A stretch of 64,000 nt of DNA from Geosiphon pyriformis uo1 (Eukaryota > Fungi > Glomeromycota). Positions 62,185 to 64,000 of this stretch are shown here, in pieces. The notes under the pieces are model-generated. The model was not told the DNA's origin, did no database searches, and was given only the letters and a program-made list of their open reading frames with translations. The DNA is taken from the NCBI GenBank assembly GCA_016748015.1, contig JAAOMT010000521.1, positions 8,098-72,097 of the forward strand, read 5' to 3'. The position numbers were made by a program, and so were the translations under genes. Each line of letters begins with the position of its first letter. The first letter of the stretch is position 1.

Positions 62185-64000
62185 ATAACAGATTTACTAT
62201 CTAAAATTAATTAGATTTATTCTTTTTCAATTTTAGTTTTTATGTATATAGCAGTAATTGTTTTTTGTTCTATAGTAGCTATATTGCCAAGTAAGAATGG
62301 TAATTTATTTGCTTTAAATTCGAAAAAAAATACGTTTAAAATTATGACATTTTTAGTAATCTTTGCTAAGAATATTGTAGTATTATTATAAAAAGAGTTT
62401 TACTGTTGTGTTGTAACTTTATTTTTCAAAAATACAATATAGTAAAAATTCTGGTCTTTTAGCATTATAAAATAATTAAGTTGAATATAAAAGTGTCAAA
62501 ATGGTTATTAGTTATTATTATAAGATATTAATTGATTATTGAAACCAAATTTGTTATTGTTTAATTAAAAACGGTTTTGTAATATAAATTAGTTAGGTTG
62601 ACCCAATTTTTTTGCTAATAATTAATAATTTTAAACTGGCTGTGATTGATAATATTGTTATAGTTATTATAAAACAGACTAATAATAAGTAAACTGGAGT
62701 TTTAATAAATAATAAACAGATAATAATAAATAATATAAATGTTATTGTTAAAAAAAATAATATTGATTATTTTGTTTTTATTAGTTTCTTTGTATTTTTC
62801 GAAAATTATATTTAAATATCTGAAAATTTTACAACAATAATAGTTTAATTGTTGAAATTAGTTGTTATATAATGAAGAGTTTTTTTGGTTTTGTTGTTAA
62901 GATAATTGGTATTTTTGTTGTTAATTGACAAAGTATGTTTCAACTTTTTTATAAGTTGATTAATATTTTTTTAGCTGTTAAGCTGGTTTTTCTAATTGTT
63001 AAGTTGACAAGTTTGGCATGATTGGCTTTTTTTATTGTTATTTTATAGTTTTTAGTATATTAAATAATAGTAATTAAATTTTCTAAAGCATATAATCGAA
63101 CTTTTTTAATAAATTTGTTTTTGAGTTTAATAATAAATTGATTTAAAACTTGGATATAACAATAGTAAGCATTTGTTTTTAGCTGGTAAATTTTTTTAAG
63201 ATGTTTGTTAAACTTCTTAATATAAGTTATAACAGATTCAAATAGTTTCTGTTTGATGTTTTAAAAATAATTTCGGAGAGTAATTAAAGTATTATTATTA
63301 ATAAACTGTTTGAGAAAAGCAGTTTTAAAAGTTTGCCAATCTGTAAAAAAAATGGCCAAATTTTTAAATTATTTGTCTATAGTTTTTTTAAGAAAATAAG
63401 AAATTACTTATAGTATTTTTTTGTCTTTATTATAATTAGTGGTTTTTGTTTCTTTTGTTTTTTTTCTTTTTTTCAATAAATTCAAAAGTGTTTTTTTTAT
63501 AAATTAGTGTTTTTGAGTATTTACTTTGGTTTTCTTCTAAAAAATCAAAAAAATTAGTGGTAGTGTTAATTAATTTTAGCTATTGGATTGAATTTTTGGT
63601 AAAGTTTTCAAATCTTGAAAATTAATTGAGTGGTAAATTTAGTGGTTGTATTTAAGCAAGCAAAATTAAAAAAAATGTAATTAAAAATAATAATTTAGAA
63701 CTGGTTTTTTGTTTAAATATTTACAAATATTGAAAGTTTGTTTTTGATATATTAAATATTGTATAAATAAGTTAGATGTTTTTTTTGTTTTTACTGCTTG
63801 TTTTAGGTTTAAATTCAAGTTTAAAACAAATTGTGAGTTAGCAGGATATTTTTTTTTATAAAACTTGATAATATTATAATCAAGTTTTTCAATATAAGTA
63901 GCACAAGTATCTGCACTAATATTTTTGGATTTTTATTTAAATCGTGAATTAAATTTCAAGAAGATTTTGTTTAATTTTTATAATATTGTAATTCTCAAAA
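62185..64000 (-). pseudogene. Fossil gag-protease of another gypsy copy (D), running off the window
   Basis: Minus strand: VISYFLK, DWQTFKTAFLKQF.NNN..ITLRN.F.NIKQ, QVLNQFI..LK, ANHAKLVNL, FFFEFK, ITAIY, LILDS.S; homologous to gag-PR of A, B and C. Confidence 0.8.

Overview
Eukaryotic, transposon-dominated window. The protein style and extreme AT content suggest a Glomeromycota fungus, possibly Geosiphon-like (inference). One host gene fragment lies at the left edge: a spliced SAM-domain gene on the minus strand, duplicated across an assembly gap. Three full-length ~6.8-6.9 kb LINEs follow (ORF1 RRM/CCHC; ORF2 APE-RT-RNase H-CCHC; ORF1/ORF2 joined by an ATGA overlap) at 2829-28212 (+), 34343-47310 (+) and 47456-54346 (-). 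Four Ty3/gypsy insertions are nested inside them, each with TGTTAC...GTAACA ends and a 4-bp TSD: A 7352-15281 (+), a solo LTR 15375-16187 (-), B 17496-27348 (-) and a young RT-less element C 35836-41884 (+). This gypsy lineage is the most unusual system here. Its single reading frame appears to start at a conserved GUG in strong Kozak context, carries an unnamed multi-CxxC domain plus a dUTPase between protease and RT, and has a ~250-codon domain after integrase. All repeats are being eroded by C:G->T:A transitions in both CpG and non-CpG contexts. The AT deserts are the end state and still hold recognisable fossils of a pogo/Tigger transposase, a Tc1/mariner-type transposase and another gypsy gag-protease. 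Coordinates were read by eye; no searches were run.
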